From: Myxococcota bacterium
GTDB lineage: Bacteria > Myxococcota_A > UBA796 > CAJQPC01
Direction: 5' to 3'
NCBI GenBank assembly: GCA_036229005.1
Contig: JAZAMN010000004.1
Span: 1-64,000 of the forward strand
DNA: 64,000 bases
A program made the translations under genes and the position numbers. Shown one piece after another: positions 28,983 to 38,796 of this stretch. Under the pieces are notes generated by a model. The model worked only from the letters and a program-made list of their open reading frames with translations, was not told the origin of the DNA and made no database searches. Within the stretch, counting starts at the first letter, position 1. Every line of letters begins with the position of its first letter.

Positions 28983-29954
28983 CTATTCGTCGTCCCAGTC
29001 CCACTGGCGGTTGTTGGAGCCGCCGCGCTGCTTCCGGTTCTTGCCGCGGTTGGCGGCGGCGGCAGCGTTGCCACCCCCGTCATCCCAGCCGCCGCGGTCC
29101 CTGCGCTTGCTCTTCTTCTTGGGCTCCTTGCGGGTGCGCTGCGGGTCCTTGCCCCAGCCATCCTCTTCGGGGGTCGCGGCGTTGTTGCCGCCACCGAAGC
29201 CGCCGCCGCCAAAGCCGCCGCCGCCGGAGTAGCCGCCGCCACCGGAGTAGCCGCCACGACCACCGCCGCCGCCACCGGAGTAGCCGCCACGACCGCCGCC
29301 GCCGCCACCGGAGTAGCCGCCACGACCGCCGCCGCCGCCACCGGAGTAGCCACCGCGACCGCCGCCGCCGCCACCGGAGTAGCCACCACGACCGCCGCCG
29401 CCGCCGGAGTAGCCGCCGCCGCCGCCGCTGGAGTAGCCGCCGCCGCCGCCGCTGGAGTAGCCGCCGCCGCCGCCGGAGTAGCCACCGCGACCGCCGCCAT
29501 CACGGCCGCCGCCGGAGTAGCCACCGCGTCCGCCGCCATCACGACCGCCACCGGAGTAGCCACCGCGTCCGCCGCCGTCCCGACCGCCACCGGAGTAGCC
29601 GCCGCGTCCGCCGCCGCCACCGGAGTAGCCGCCGCGTCCGCCGCCACCGGAGTAGCCGCCGCGCCCGCCTCCGCCACCGCGGGGTGCGCCACGGCCGCCA
29701 CCACCGCTGCGTTCTTCTGCCTCACGAACACGAACGCTGCGCCCCTTGATGTCGGCGCCATCCATCTTCTGCACGGCTTCGGCGGCTTCCTCGTCACTGG
29801 ACATTGTGACGAAGCCGAACCCGCGCGACTTTCCAGTCTCTCGATCGGTGATGACCCGTGCCTCGGCGACTGTGCCGAAAGGCTCAAAGGCCGCTGCCAG
29901 ATCCCGGTCGTCTGCACCCCAGGGCAGGCCACCGACGAACAGCTTCTTTCCCAT
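28983..29954 (-). CDS. RRM RNA-binding protein with very long RGG/GYS low-complexity tail
   Basis: RNP2 'KLFVGGL', RNP1 'KSRGFGFV'; about 15 GYS units, most as RGGYSGGG. Confidence 0.9.
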   Translation of the reverse strand: MGKKLFVGGLPWGADDRDLAAAFEPFGTVAEARVITDRETGKSRGFGFVTMSSDEEAAEAVQKMDGADIKGRSVRVREAEERSGGGGRGAPRGGGGGRGGYSGGGGRGGYSGGGGGRGGYSGGGRDGGGRGGYSGGGRDGGGRGGYSGGGRDGGGRGGYSGGGGGYSSGGGGGYSSGGGGGYSGGGGGRGGYSGGGGGGRGGYSGGGGGGRGGYSGGGGGGRGGYSGGGGGGRGGYSGGGGYSGGGGFGGGGFGGGNNAATPEEDGWGKDPQRTRKEPKKKSKRRDRGGWDDGGGNAAAAANRGKNRKQRGGSNNRQWDWDDE

Positions 29955-30142
29955 TTTCTCGAATCTCGTTGTGTCGTGAACGTAGGCAACAGGCCTGACG
30001 TGAGGCAGTCATAGCATCGGTGGCCGACGATCTCCCGTCAAATCCGACGACAATCGAAAACCGGTCCGCCTTGTCACAGCAGGGTCAGAATGGAATCCGG
30101 GCCTCCGGGCGTAGCAGGCGTGACCCTCACCGGAGCTTCCCC

Positions 30143-30637
30143 ATGGAGTACGCCCTCGCCATCACCCTCGGTCTCGTGCTCGCCGCCAGCGCGGGTCTGC
30201 GCGCCTTTCTGCCCCTGCTCGTGGTCTCAGGCCTGGCCTTCGCCGGGCAGATCGAGCTGGCCGACAGCCTGGCCTGGATGGGCAGCCCGGTCACGCTGCT
30301 GGCCCTGCTGGTCGGTGTGCTCGGCGAGGTGCTCGCCGACAAGATCCCCGCGATCGATCACCTGATGGACACGGTGGGCACCCTGGCGCGCCCGACCGCG
30401 GGTGCCCTCGCCGGAGCCAGCTTGTTGGCGGGCGCGGATCCCCTGATCGTCATGGTGATGGGCGTCGCAGCCGGCGGCGCTGTCGCTGGCGCAACCCACA
30501 TCGGCAAGGCCAGCGTGCGCGCGGGCAGTTCGGCGACCACCTTGGGCATGGCCAACCCCGTGATCTCCGGCGTCGAGGACCTGATCGCCCTGGCCCTGGG
30601 TTCCGGTGCAGCGGTGGCTGCGGTGGCGATGGCCTGA
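30143..30637 (+). CDS. DUF4126-like membrane protein
   Basis: 'ASAGLRAFLPLL', 'EVLADKIPAIDHLMD', 'ANPVISGVED'. Confidence 0.8.
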   Translation: MEYALAITLGLVLAASAGLRAFLPLLVVSGLAFAGQIELADSLAWMGSPVTLLALLVGVLGEVLADKIPAIDHLMDTVGTLARPTAGALAGASLLAGADPLIVMVMGVAAGGAVAGATHIGKASVRAGSSATTLGMANPVISGVEDLIALALGSGAAVAAVAMA

Positions 30638-30709
30638 GCGCCCGCGGGCCCCTCCGGCTATGGTCCCCCTGCCATTTTCGGCGGGGGGACCCGCCAATGA
30701 GGAGGTCGC

Positions 30710-32872
30710 GTGCGCGCACTGCTGTTGCTCGGGTCGGGTCTTCTGGGGTGTGCGCAGCAAGCGCCCGTCCCCCAGGTCTCCCTTCAGAAGGCCGAAGGCC
30801 CCACGCCGCCGCCCATCAACACCCTGGAGGACCGCCCCCAGGAGCTGCTCTCCCCCAGCGGAATCGAGGGCTGGAACTATGGCGCGAGTGTCGTCGGGAT
30901 CGGCGATGTGGACGGCGACGGCTACGATGACTTCGCGGTCGGCGCGCCCGGGGCGGACGACGTCCATGACGACGCCGGCGCGGTCTTTGTCTACATGGGC
31001 AGCAGCGCGGGCGTGGACACCTCCAGCCCGGTGCGCTTGGAGGCCGACAACGCCTACGAGGACTTCAGCTTTGGCTACCGGCTGGCCGGCGCGGACCTGA
31101 ACGGGGACGGCTACGCCGATCTGGTGGCCTCCGCGTACAAGGGGCAGGCCTACGACACCGCGGCCATCCACGTGTTCTACGGGAGCGAGAGCGGCCTCTC
31201 CACCGACAACCAGGACCGCATCGAGTCCCCGGACGGGGTGGGCAACACTGGCTTTGGGTACGGCCTGACCGTGCTCGAGGACATGGACGGTGACGGCTAC
31301 CCCGAGGTCGCGGTGGGCTCATGGCTGGCGCGCGACCAGCTCGGGATCGTCTACGTCTACCGCGGGGGCGCTGGTGGGCTGGAGAGCACCCCTTGGCACA
31401 GCGTCACCGCCTTTGACGACAGCGCCTATACCTCCCGCAGCTTTGGTTTCTCCCTGAGCTCGGGGGATCTGAACGGCGATGGGATGGGGGACCTGATCGT
31501 CGCGGACTACCGGGTCAAGTCGGTCTACCTGTACTACGGCAGCCCCACCGGCCTGGACGAGACCGAGCGCAACCGCATCCAGACCTCGGACTCGGTCTAT
31601 TCCTTCGGTGAGAAGGCGGTGTCCGGCGGGGACTTCAACGGGGACGGCTACGACGACCTGCTCATCAACGCAGCGGGCCTGGATGCCGGGCATGGCTGGG
31701 TCTACTTCTTCTACGGCGGCGAGGACGGCCCGGACATCGCCAACCCCGAGGTCTTCTCGACCAGCAGCAGCTTCGCCGAGGACTTTGGGTCGAGCATCGC
31801 TCTGGTTGAAGACCTCAACGGGGATGGGCTCGATGAGCTGGCCATCGCCGATCCGGGGTACTTCAGCTACCGAGGCGTGATCCACCTGCGCTACGGGCAC
31901 GAGGACGGCCCCGAGGCCGCCGAGCGCAGTGAGAGCCTCAACCCGCTGGACACCTCGGACACGGGCGCGGGCTTTGGCGTGGCGCTGGGCTTCGCCGGCG
32001 ATGTGGATGGGGACGGCTACGGCGACCTGATCGTCGGCGCTCCAGAGTGGTGGCAGGACTGGGTCGGCCACGCGGTGCTCTTCTACGGCCGCTGCGATGA
32101 CTACGACGGCGACGGCGTCTGCGTGGCGGAAGACTGCGACGACGAGGATGCTGGCGAGACGGTCGTGGTGCCCTGGTACCGGGACGTCGACAAGGACGGC
32201 TACGGCAACGACGCCCAGATGCTCGAGGGCTGCGGCCAGCCCCTGGGCTACGTGGCCCAGGGCGGCGACTGCAACGACGGGGTGGCCAGCGTCTCGCCCG
32301 GCTCCACGGAGATCCCGGGCGACCAGGTCGACCAGGACTGCGACGGCGTCGAGCTCTGCTACCTGGACTGGGACGACGACGGCTTCCGCCCCAACGCGGA
32401 CGACACCCGCGCCGGCAAGGACCTGAGCTGCACCGAGCCTGGGGAGGCCCTGTCCACCGAGCCGCTGGGGGACTGCGATGACGAGAACGAGCTGGTGAAT
32501 CCCGGCTTCCCCGAGCGCTGCAACGGCATCGACGATGACTGCGACGGCGAGATCGACGGCCCCAACGCCATCGACGTCAAGCGCTTCCTGCTGGACAGCG
32601 ACGGCGACGGCTTCGGCGTCGCGACCGACACCGTCACCGCTTGCGAGGCCCCCGAGGGCTACGTGCCCGAGTCCGAGCGCCTGGACTGCAACGACGGCAA
32701 CCCCAACATCTTCCCGGGGGCCGTGGAGCGCCGAGGCGACGAGATCGACCAGGACTGCGACGGCGAAGCGCAGCCCAGTCGTGGCTGCTCGACCGCGGCG
32801 GGGAGCGCGCCGGGCGCCCTGCTCATGGGGCTGCTCGTGGTGCTGGGCCTGGGCCGTCGACGCCGGGACTAA
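30710..32872 (+). CDS. FG-GAP (integrin-alpha-like) repeat protein with putative metal-binding repeats and MYXO-CTERM-like tail
   Basis: Multiple 'GDVDGDGYDDFAVGAP' blades; 'GDCND...PG..E...D.DCDG' repeats; C-terminal 'GCSTA...LLVVLGLGRRRRD'. Confidence 0.85.
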   Translation: MRALLLLGSGLLGCAQQAPVPQVSLQKAEGPTPPPINTLEDRPQELLSPSGIEGWNYGASVVGIGDVDGDGYDDFAVGAPGADDVHDDAGAVFVYMGSSAGVDTSSPVRLEADNAYEDFSFGYRLAGADLNGDGYADLVASAYKGQAYDTAAIHVFYGSESGLSTDNQDRIESPDGVGNTGFGYGLTVLEDMDGDGYPEVAVGSWLARDQLGIVYVYRGGAGGLESTPWHSVTAFDDSAYTSRSFGFSLSSGDLNGDGMGDLIVADYRVKSVYLYYGSPTGLDETERNRIQTSDSVYSFGEKAVSGGDFNGDGYDDLLINAAGLDAGHGWVYFFYGGEDGPDIANPEVFSTSSSFAEDFGSSIALVEDLNGDGLDELAIADPGYFSYRGVIHLRYGHEDGPEAAERSESLNPLDTSDTGAGFGVALGFAGDVDGDGYGDLIVGAPEWWQDWVGHAVLFYGRCDDYDGDGVCVAEDCDDEDAGETVVVPWYRDVDKDGYGNDAQMLEGCGQPLGYVAQGGDCNDGVASVSPGSTEIPGDQVDQDCDGVELCYLDWDDDGFRPNADDTRAGKDLSCTEPGEALSTEPLGDCDDENELVNPGFPERCNGIDDDCDGEIDGPNAIDVKRFLLDSDGDGFGVATDTVTACEAPEGYVPESERLDCNDGNPNIFPGAVERRGDEIDQDCDGEAQPSRGCSTAAGSAPGALLMGLLVVLGLGRRRRD

Positions 32873-32934
32873 GACAAATCTGCGTCACTCCGCCCCCCAC
32901 CCCGTCCATGGGTCACACTGCAAAGGAGTGACCC

Positions 32935-33399
32935 ATGCGACTGCACCTTCACCTGCGCTGCCAGGATCTGGCCGCCTCCGAGACCTTCTACCGGGCCCTG
33001 CTCGGTGAGCCCGACAAGCGCGCCCAGGGCTTTGTGCGCTTCCAGCCCCAGGATCTGGGCATCTCGCTGTCCCTGATGGAGGGCGCCCCCGCGCCTCTGC
33101 ACGCTCCCGAACACCTGGGCATGAAGGTGGGCAGCGTCCCCGAGCTGGGGGCCCTCTGGGAGCGCCTGGATCGCGCCGGCCTCAAGCCCCGGCTGCAAGA
33201 GGACAACACCGCCTGCTGCGCCGGGATCCAGAGCAAGCGCTGGTATGTGGATCCGGATGGTCGCGCCTGGGAGGTCTACACCGTCCTGGACGACTCGGTG
33301 CCCGCCGACTGGTCGGTGCCCCGATTCGCAGGCGAGGACACCAGGGCCCGCTCTTGCAGCTCGGCCCCGAAGGCTCCAAGCCTCGGCTGCTGCGGATGA
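32935..33399 (+). CDS. VOC/glyoxalase family, ArsI/CadI-like metalloenzyme
   Basis: 'RLHLHL', 'HLG', vicinal 'TACCAGIQSKRW..DPDGRAWEVY', C-terminal 'CCG'. Confidence 0.8.
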   Translation: MRLHLHLRCQDLAASETFYRALLGEPDKRAQGFVRFQPQDLGISLSLMEGAPAPLHAPEHLGMKVGSVPELGALWERLDRAGLKPRLQEDNTACCAGIQSKRWYVDPDGRAWEVYTVLDDSVPADWSVPRFAGEDTRARSCSSAPKAPSLGCCG

Positions 33400-33956
33400 G
33401 CCCGGGGGCCCAGGAGATCGCCGCGCTCGACCGGCGCATCCGGGCCCCCCTGCGGGCCTGGCTGGCCCGCTCCCTGCCGCACCAGGAGGCCGAGGACATC
33501 GCCCAGGAGGCCTTCGTGCGGACCCTGGAAGCCTTTCCTCGCTTGCGGGATCCAGCCAAAGCGGAGTCGCTGCTGTGGACCATCGCCCGGAACTTGAGGA
33601 CCGATGCCCTGCGCAGACGCAGCCCCTCCTCCCTGGACCCCGACGAGATCGCGCACGAGCCGCAGCTCCCGGACGCCGCCACCCAGATGGTGGCGCGCTG
33701 GCTGCCGGCCTTTGTCCAGACCCTGGACGAGCCCTACCGGACGGCGCTGCAGCGCGTGGACCTGGATGGCATAACCCAGGCAGAGCTGGCGTTGGAGCTT
33801 GGGATTTCCCCGTCCGGGGCGCGCTCGCGGGTGCAGCGGGGCAGAGCGCTGTTGCAGGCCCAGCTCCTGGCGTGTTGCCAGGTGGGCTTTGAGGGCGGGG
33901 AGGTCAGCGAGGTGCGCCGCAATGGCACCGGACAGGGGAGCTGCGGAGGCTGCTGA
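33396..33956 (+). CDS. ECF sigma factor, SigZ/CorE-like, with Cys-rich C-terminus
   Basis: Region 2 'EAEDIAQEAF', 'LWTIARN..TDALRR'; region 4 'SGARSRVQRGR'; 'ACCQ...SCGGC'; ATGA overlap with VOC gene. Confidence 0.85.
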   Translation: MSPGAQEIAALDRRIRAPLRAWLARSLPHQEAEDIAQEAFVRTLEAFPRLRDPAKAESLLWTIARNLRTDALRRRSPSSLDPDEIAHEPQLPDAATQMVARWLPAFVQTLDEPYRTALQRVDLDGITQAELALELGISPSGARSRVQRGRALLQAQLLACCQVGFEGGEVSEVRRNGTGQGSCGGC

Positions 33957-33971
33957 GCTCCCCGGGGGTAC

Positions 33972-35384
33972 TCAGACGGCCATGCCGTAGAGCCCGTAGA
34001 GCAGCATCTTGGGCGAGAGCGTCCGGAGCTGCACGAGCTGCTTTTTGATCTGCGTGGGCCGCAGGTAGAAGCGGCGCAGGGCGTAGCTCTGCATCTTGAT
34101 CAGCTCTTCGGGGTCGTAGCCGTGGGGGTGGTAGATGAGCCGGTCGGGGTCGGGGTTGAAGGTCGTGTAGTTGTCCCAGTCGTCCCGGAACAGGTCCTTC
34201 TGCCAGCGGTCGTCAAAGAGCTTGGAGCCGGGAAAGGGGACCGTGATGGCGAACTTGGCGAAGTCCAGGTCCAGGTCCACGGCGAACTCGATGGTCTCGC
34301 GGGTGAGCTCGGGGGTCTCGCCGGGCAGGCCGATCATGAAGAGGCCGACGGTCTGGATGCCGGCGTTGCGGGCGTTGTCGACGCCCTCGCGCACTTTTTG
34401 GGTGGTGAGGGTCTTGTTGACGTTGCCCAGGAGCATGTCGACGCCGGACTCGATGCCCATGAGCACCCGGCGGCAGCCGCCGTGGTACATCAGCTCGCAG
34501 GTCTCCTGATCCAGGCGGTCGGCGCGGGTCTCGGAGAGCCAGACGCACTTCTTGTCCAGGCCGCGCTTGGAGATCTCGTCGCAGATGGGGCGGAGATCCT
34601 TCTTGACCAGGGGGAAGATGGGGTCGATGAAGCCGATCTGCTTCACGCCGTAGCGGTCGACCAGGTACTCGTACTCGTCCACGACCTTGATGGGGTCGCG
34701 GCGGCGGAAGGTCTTGCCGCCGGTGTGGATGAGCGAGCAGTAGTCGCAGCGGTAGGGGCAGCCGCGGGAGGCGGCCATGGTCAGGATGGGCTTGGCGATG
34801 TCCGCGAAGGGGAGCAGGCCGTAGCGGTGGTAGGGGAAGAGGTGCCAGGCCGGGTAGGGCAGGCTGTCCAGGTCCCGGTTCAGGGCGCGGGCGCGATTGG
34901 TGACGGCTTCCCCGTCGGTGGTGCGCCAGGTGATGCCGTCCACGTCCGAGAAGTCGGTCTCGTTGCGGGCCAGGGCGTCGACCAGCTCGCAGATGGTGAT
35001 CTCGCCGTCGTAGTGGACGGCGAAGTCCACGCCGAGATCGCGGCAGATCTCCTTGGCGAACACGTCGGCGTGCACGCCACCCCAGACGAACTTTGCCTCC
35101 GGCAGGCGGCGCTTGAGCAGGCGGGTGAGCACCTCGCACACAGGGGCGGAGGGCGTCAGCACGGTCATGCCGATCAGGTCGGGCTTGAACTCCTCGGCGC
35201 GGTCGACGACGTCTTGGGGGCTCAGAGCCTCGGCGAACATGTCGATGGCCCGGACGTGGACCCCGTGGGCCTCCAGGGAGCCGGCGATGTAGGCCAGCCC
35301 GGTGGGGGGCATGGGCTCAAGGAGCGCGGCGAAGCGGCCGAGCTTCTCGAGGTTCATGGAGGGGTTGATCAGTAGAACGCGCAC
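33972..35384 (-). CDS. Cobalamin-binding radical SAM protein (class B methyltransferase-like)
   Basis: N-terminal 'PPTGLAYIA...WGGVHA' B12 domain; '[11 protein letters not shown]' CxxxCxxC; 'GIESG', 'FMIGLPGET', 'PFPGS'. Confidence 0.9.
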   Translation of the reverse strand: MRVLLINPSMNLEKLGRFAALLEPMPPTGLAYIAGSLEAHGVHVRAIDMFAEALSPQDVVDRAEEFKPDLIGMTVLTPSAPVCEVLTRLLKRRLPEAKFVWGGVHADVFAKEICRDLGVDFAVHYDGEITICELVDALARNETDFSDVDGITWRTTDGEAVTNRARALNRDLDSLPYPAWHLFPYHRYGLLPFADIAKPILTMAASRGCPYRCDYCSLIHTGGKTFRRRDPIKVVDEYEYLVDRYGVKQIGFIDPIFPLVKKDLRPICDEISKRGLDKKCVWLSETRADRLDQETCELMYHGGCRRVLMGIESGVDMLLGNVNKTLTTQKVREGVDNARNAGIQTVGLFMIGLPGETPELTRETIEFAVDLDLDFAKFAITVPFPGSKLFDDRWQKDLFRDDWDNYTTFNPDPDRLIYHPHGYDPEELIKMQSYALRRFYLRPTQIKKQLVQLRTLSPKMLLYGLYGMAV

Positions 35385-35459
35385 GGGGGCCTCGCTGGCT
35401 GGTCGGCGGAGCTCAGAGAGCCACGCAGTTCCGCATCGTAGCGTCCCCTTTGGTCGGTC

Positions 35460-38400
35460 TCAAGGCCGGTCTTGCTGGATTCTTGACAGGCTCCCCCAGC
35501 CAGCGCCCCCAGCGGTCTGCACGCGCACGCGGTCGCACGGGGCCAGCTCGGTGGCCTGCCCGTCCCAGGGGACCCAGGCGCCCTGGTGGTGCAGCTCCAG
35601 GCAGCGGGGGGTGGCGGCCTGCCCACCCTCAAGGCCGGCGCGGGGCGGGTCGGCGATTCCCAGGAGCGCCGCGGTCCCGCCCTCCAGCAGCTCGAGCTCA
35701 CGCAGCAGTCCTTGGCCGCCGGAATGGCGCCCAGCGCCGCCCGAGCCAGGCCGCAGCCCGAAGCGGTGGACCCGGAGGGGGAGGCGGGTCTCCAGCACCT
35801 CGACGTCGGTGATCCGGGTGTTGGTCATGTGGGTCTGACGGCCGCTTCGCCCGGGGCCCTTTGGGGAGGCGCCGACACCGCCGCCGATGGTCTCGTAGAG
35901 GGACCAGCCGGGGCCGCCCATGGATAGGTTGTTCATAGTGCCCAGGCTGGGGGAGCGGGCCTGCAGCGCGGAGAGCAGCAGGTCGACGACGCGCTGGCTG
36001 GTCTCGACGTTTCCGCCGACCACCGCGGCGCCCGGGGGCGGGGAGAGCAGGCTGGGGCTGGGCAGGCGGAGCTGGACGTGACGGAGGGCACCTTCGTTCA
36101 AGGGCAGCGCGGTCCCGGCGAGGCAACGGAGCACATAGAGCAGCGCGGCACGCACGACGGCGGGGGGCGCGTTCAGGTTGCCGCTGTGGGGACCCTCGGT
36201 GCCGGCGAAGTCCACGATGAGGCCCTGGGCGGGGTCGGTGGAGATGGACACGTGGACGGGGATGCCACGGATGACCTCGCTGGCGGATCCGGCGCGCAGG
36301 CGCCGGTGCAGAGCCCGGCTGGACTGGTCGGCCAGGTCGAAGAGGTGGGCCATCCAGGTGCGCAGCAGATCGGCCTCTCCCAGCTCCCGGAGCCCCTTGG
36401 CGGCGTGGTGGTTGGAGGCGACCTGGGCGCGCAGATCGGCGAGCACGGTCTGGGGCTGGCGGCAGCCGGGGAGCTCGGGCGGCAGGAAGCGACCGTCGCG
36501 GGAGAGCAGGGGGACGCGGCGGAAGACCAGGCCTTCGTCGGCGAGGCGCGTGGAGTGGGGGGGCATGGAGCCCGGGGTGAGGCCGCCCACGTCGGCGTGG
36601 TGACCGCGGCTGGCGACCCAGAAGCGGCGCCCCTGGTGCTCGACGGCGGAGACGACGGTGAGGTCGGGGAGGTGGCTGCCGCCGGCCTGGGGGTCGTTGG
36701 AGAGCCAGGCCTGGGCGGCGTCGAGGTCGGCGTGCTGGAGGACGTCGCGGACGGTCTCGCCCATGGCGCCCAGGTGGACGGGGATGTGGGGGGCGTTGGC
36801 GACCAGGCGGCCGGCCTCGTCGAACACGGCGCAGGAGAAGTCCAGGCGCTCGCGGATGTTGACGCTGCGGGCGGTGCGGCGGAGGACCTCGCCGGCCTGC
36901 TCGGCGACGGCCATGAAGCGGGCGCCCCAGAGGGCGGCGCCGTAGGGGGTGTTCTCGGTCGAGGTGGATCGGGGTGCGCGAGAGATTCGGTCCAACCTCA
37001 GGAGTCCGTTGGTGTTGTGCGCCTCCCAGCCGCTGGGGACCCACAGCGAGGTGCTGCTGCAGCGGAGCACGGTGGGGCCCTGGACCCGCGCGCTGCCCAG
37101 CCCGAAGGGGTCGGCCTGGACGCGGGGCATGGGGGGCTTGGGACCCAGGGCGCGGACGCTGACGTTGACGACCTCCAGGGGGCCTTCGGGGAGGTGGCCG
37201 TAGCGGCGTTGGTGCTCGCTGCGGAAGCGCGCGTCCAGCTCGGGGCCGGCGCTCAGCTCCAGGTGGTGGTCGCTGCCCTGGACGCGCAGGCTGACGCTGC
37301 GTTCGAGCGCGCCCAGATCGGGGAGGGAGGCGGAGAGCTGGACCCACTGGGCCTCCAGGTCCACCTCCTCCAGCGGCTGCCACAGGGACACCAGCGCGCG
37401 CTCCTGTCTGCGCGCGAGGCACTGGCCGTAGGCGCTGAGGACGGACGCGCAGGGGTGGACGAGCACGGTGTCGATACCCAGGCGCTCGGCGACCCCGGCG
37501 GCGTGCTGTCCGGCGGCGCCTCCGTAGGCCACCAGGGCGTGGTCGCGCAGGTCCACCCCCCGGGCGGCGGCCAGTCGGCGGGCGGCCTGGGCCATGAGCT
37601 CGCGGGCCAGCTCCAGGAAGTCGTTGGGGTCGCCGGGCAGAGCGATGCGGCTGGCATCCAGGGGGGGATCGAAGGCCTCGGGATCGACGAGTCCGGCGAG
37701 CAGCGCGGCGTCCGTGAGGGTGGGGGGCCCGCCGCGGCCGTAGCAGGCGGGGCCGGGGTGGGCGCCCGCGGAGTCCGGGCCCACGCTGAGGCGGTGCCCG
37801 TCGCTGCGCAGGATGGAGCCCCCGCCGGCGGCGATGGTCTCGACCTCCAGCATGGGGCGGCGCAGGCGGAGGCCGGCCACGCGGACCTCGCCCTCGCGGT
37901 GGGGGAGGGCGCCGGCTTCGACGCGGCAGAGGTCGGTGCTGGTGCCGCCCATGTCCAGGCCCACGGCCCGCTCGAATCCCGCTTGCTGGGCGACCGCGGC
38001 GACGGCGAGCACACCGCCGGCGGGGCCGCTGAGGACGGCCTCGGGCGCGTGGAGCTGGGGGGCTGGGCAGAGGCTGCCGTCGGAGCGCATGGCCTGGGCG
38101 CCGGCGGGGATCTGGTCGCGGGCCATCGCGGCGTGGAGCACGGGGGTGATGGCGGCGTCGATCAGGGTGGTCTCGATGCGGGCGAGCAGGCCGAGCTCGG
38201 GGTCGACGCGGTGTCCGAGCGAGACGTGTAGACCTCGCTTGCGCAGAGCGGCCTCCAACGCGAGCTCGTGGGCCGGGTTCTTTGGGGCGTGGGCCAGGAC
38301 GATGGCGACGGCCTGGATCCCCTCCTCGACCCCGGAGAGATCGGGGAGCACCAGGGGGCTGAGGACGCGGCCTTGGGCGTCCAGGCGCTCGTCGACCTCC

Positions 38401-38714
38401 AGGACCTGGGTGCAGAGGGGGGCGGGCCACTCGGCGTCGGGGTCGAAGAGCTCGGGGCGGGCCATGTCGCCGATGCGGACCAGGTCGCCCAGGCCTCGGG
38501 TGACCAGGAGCAGGGTGGGGACGCCGGTGCGCTCGAGCAGGGCGTTGGTGGCGACGGTGGTGCCGAAGACCAGGGGGTTGCCGGCGGCGAGTTGGCCCAC
38601 GATGGCGCGATCGCTGGGGACCTTGCGGAGCTCGGCCTGGCCGTCGGGGTGCAGGGTGACCACGTCCGTGAAGGTGCCGCCGCGGTCGACGAAGATGCGG
38701 GGTCCAGTGGGCAT
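35460..38714 (-). CDS. Single-chain hydantoinase/5-oxoprolinase (A+B fused)
   Basis: 'VDRGGTFTD', '[12 protein letters not shown]', 'LSGPAGG', 'DMGGTSTD', '[13 protein letters not shown]', '[10 protein letters not shown]', 'GGNVETSQ'. Confidence 0.92.
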   Translation of the reverse strand: MPTGPRIFVDRGGTFTDVVTLHPDGQAELRKVPSDRAIVGQLAAGNPLVFGTTVATNALLERTGVPTLLLVTRGLGDLVRIGDMARPELFDPDAEWPAPLCTQVLEVDERLDAQGRVLSPLVLPDLSGVEEGIQAVAIVLAHAPKNPAHELALEAALRKRGLHVSLGHRVDPELGLLARIETTLIDAAITPVLHAAMARDQIPAGAQAMRSDGSLCPAPQLHAPEAVLSGPAGGVLAVAAVAQQAGFERAVGLDMGGTSTDLCRVEAGALPHREGEVRVAGLRLRRPMLEVETIAAGGGSILRSDGHRLSVGPDSAGAHPGPACYGRGGPPTLTDAALLAGLVDPEAFDPPLDASRIALPGDPNDFLELARELMAQAARRLAAARGVDLRDHALVAYGGAAGQHAAGVAERLGIDTVLVHPCASVLSAYGQCLARRQERALVSLWQPLEEVDLEAQWVQLSASLPDLGALERSVSLRVQGSDHHLELSAGPELDARFRSEHQRRYGHLPEGPLEVVNVSVRALGPKPPMPRVQADPFGLGSARVQGPTVLRCSSTSLWVPSGWEAHNTNGLLRLDRISRAPRSTSTENTPYGAALWGARFMAVAEQAGEVLRRTARSVNIRERLDFSCAVFDEAGRLVANAPHIPVHLGAMGETVRDVLQHADLDAAQAWLSNDPQAGGSHLPDLTVVSAVEHQGRRFWVASRGHHADVGGLTPGSMPPHSTRLADEGLVFRRVPLLSRDGRFLPPELPGCRQPQTVLADLRAQVASNHHAAKGLRELGEADLLRTWMAHLFDLADQSSRALHRRLRAGSASEVIRGIPVHVSISTDPAQGLIVDFAGTEGPHSGNLNAPPAVVRAALLYVLRCLAGTALPLNEGALRHVQLRLPSPSLLSPPPGAAVVGGNVETSQRVVDLLLSALQARSPSLGTMNNLSMGGPGWSLYETIGGGVGASPKGPGRSGRQTHMTNTRITDVEVLETRLPLRVHRFGLRPGSGGAGRHSGGQGLLRELELLEGGTAALLGIADPPRAGLEGGQAATPRCLELHHQGAWVPWDGQATELAPCDRVRVQTAGGAGWGSLSRIQQDRP

Positions 38715-38796
38715 CCGGGTGACCTCGCAGGCGAAATCGACAGAAACAGTAGGCTGGGACCCAAGGCCCTAACTTGGGTGGGCAACGGAGCCCCGC

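Noticed and set aside
28967..30014. Ala/Thr-rich ORFs 28893-30014 (+) and 28967-29989 (-)
   Set aside because: Alternative-frame readings of the Gly-rich repeat of the RRM gene.
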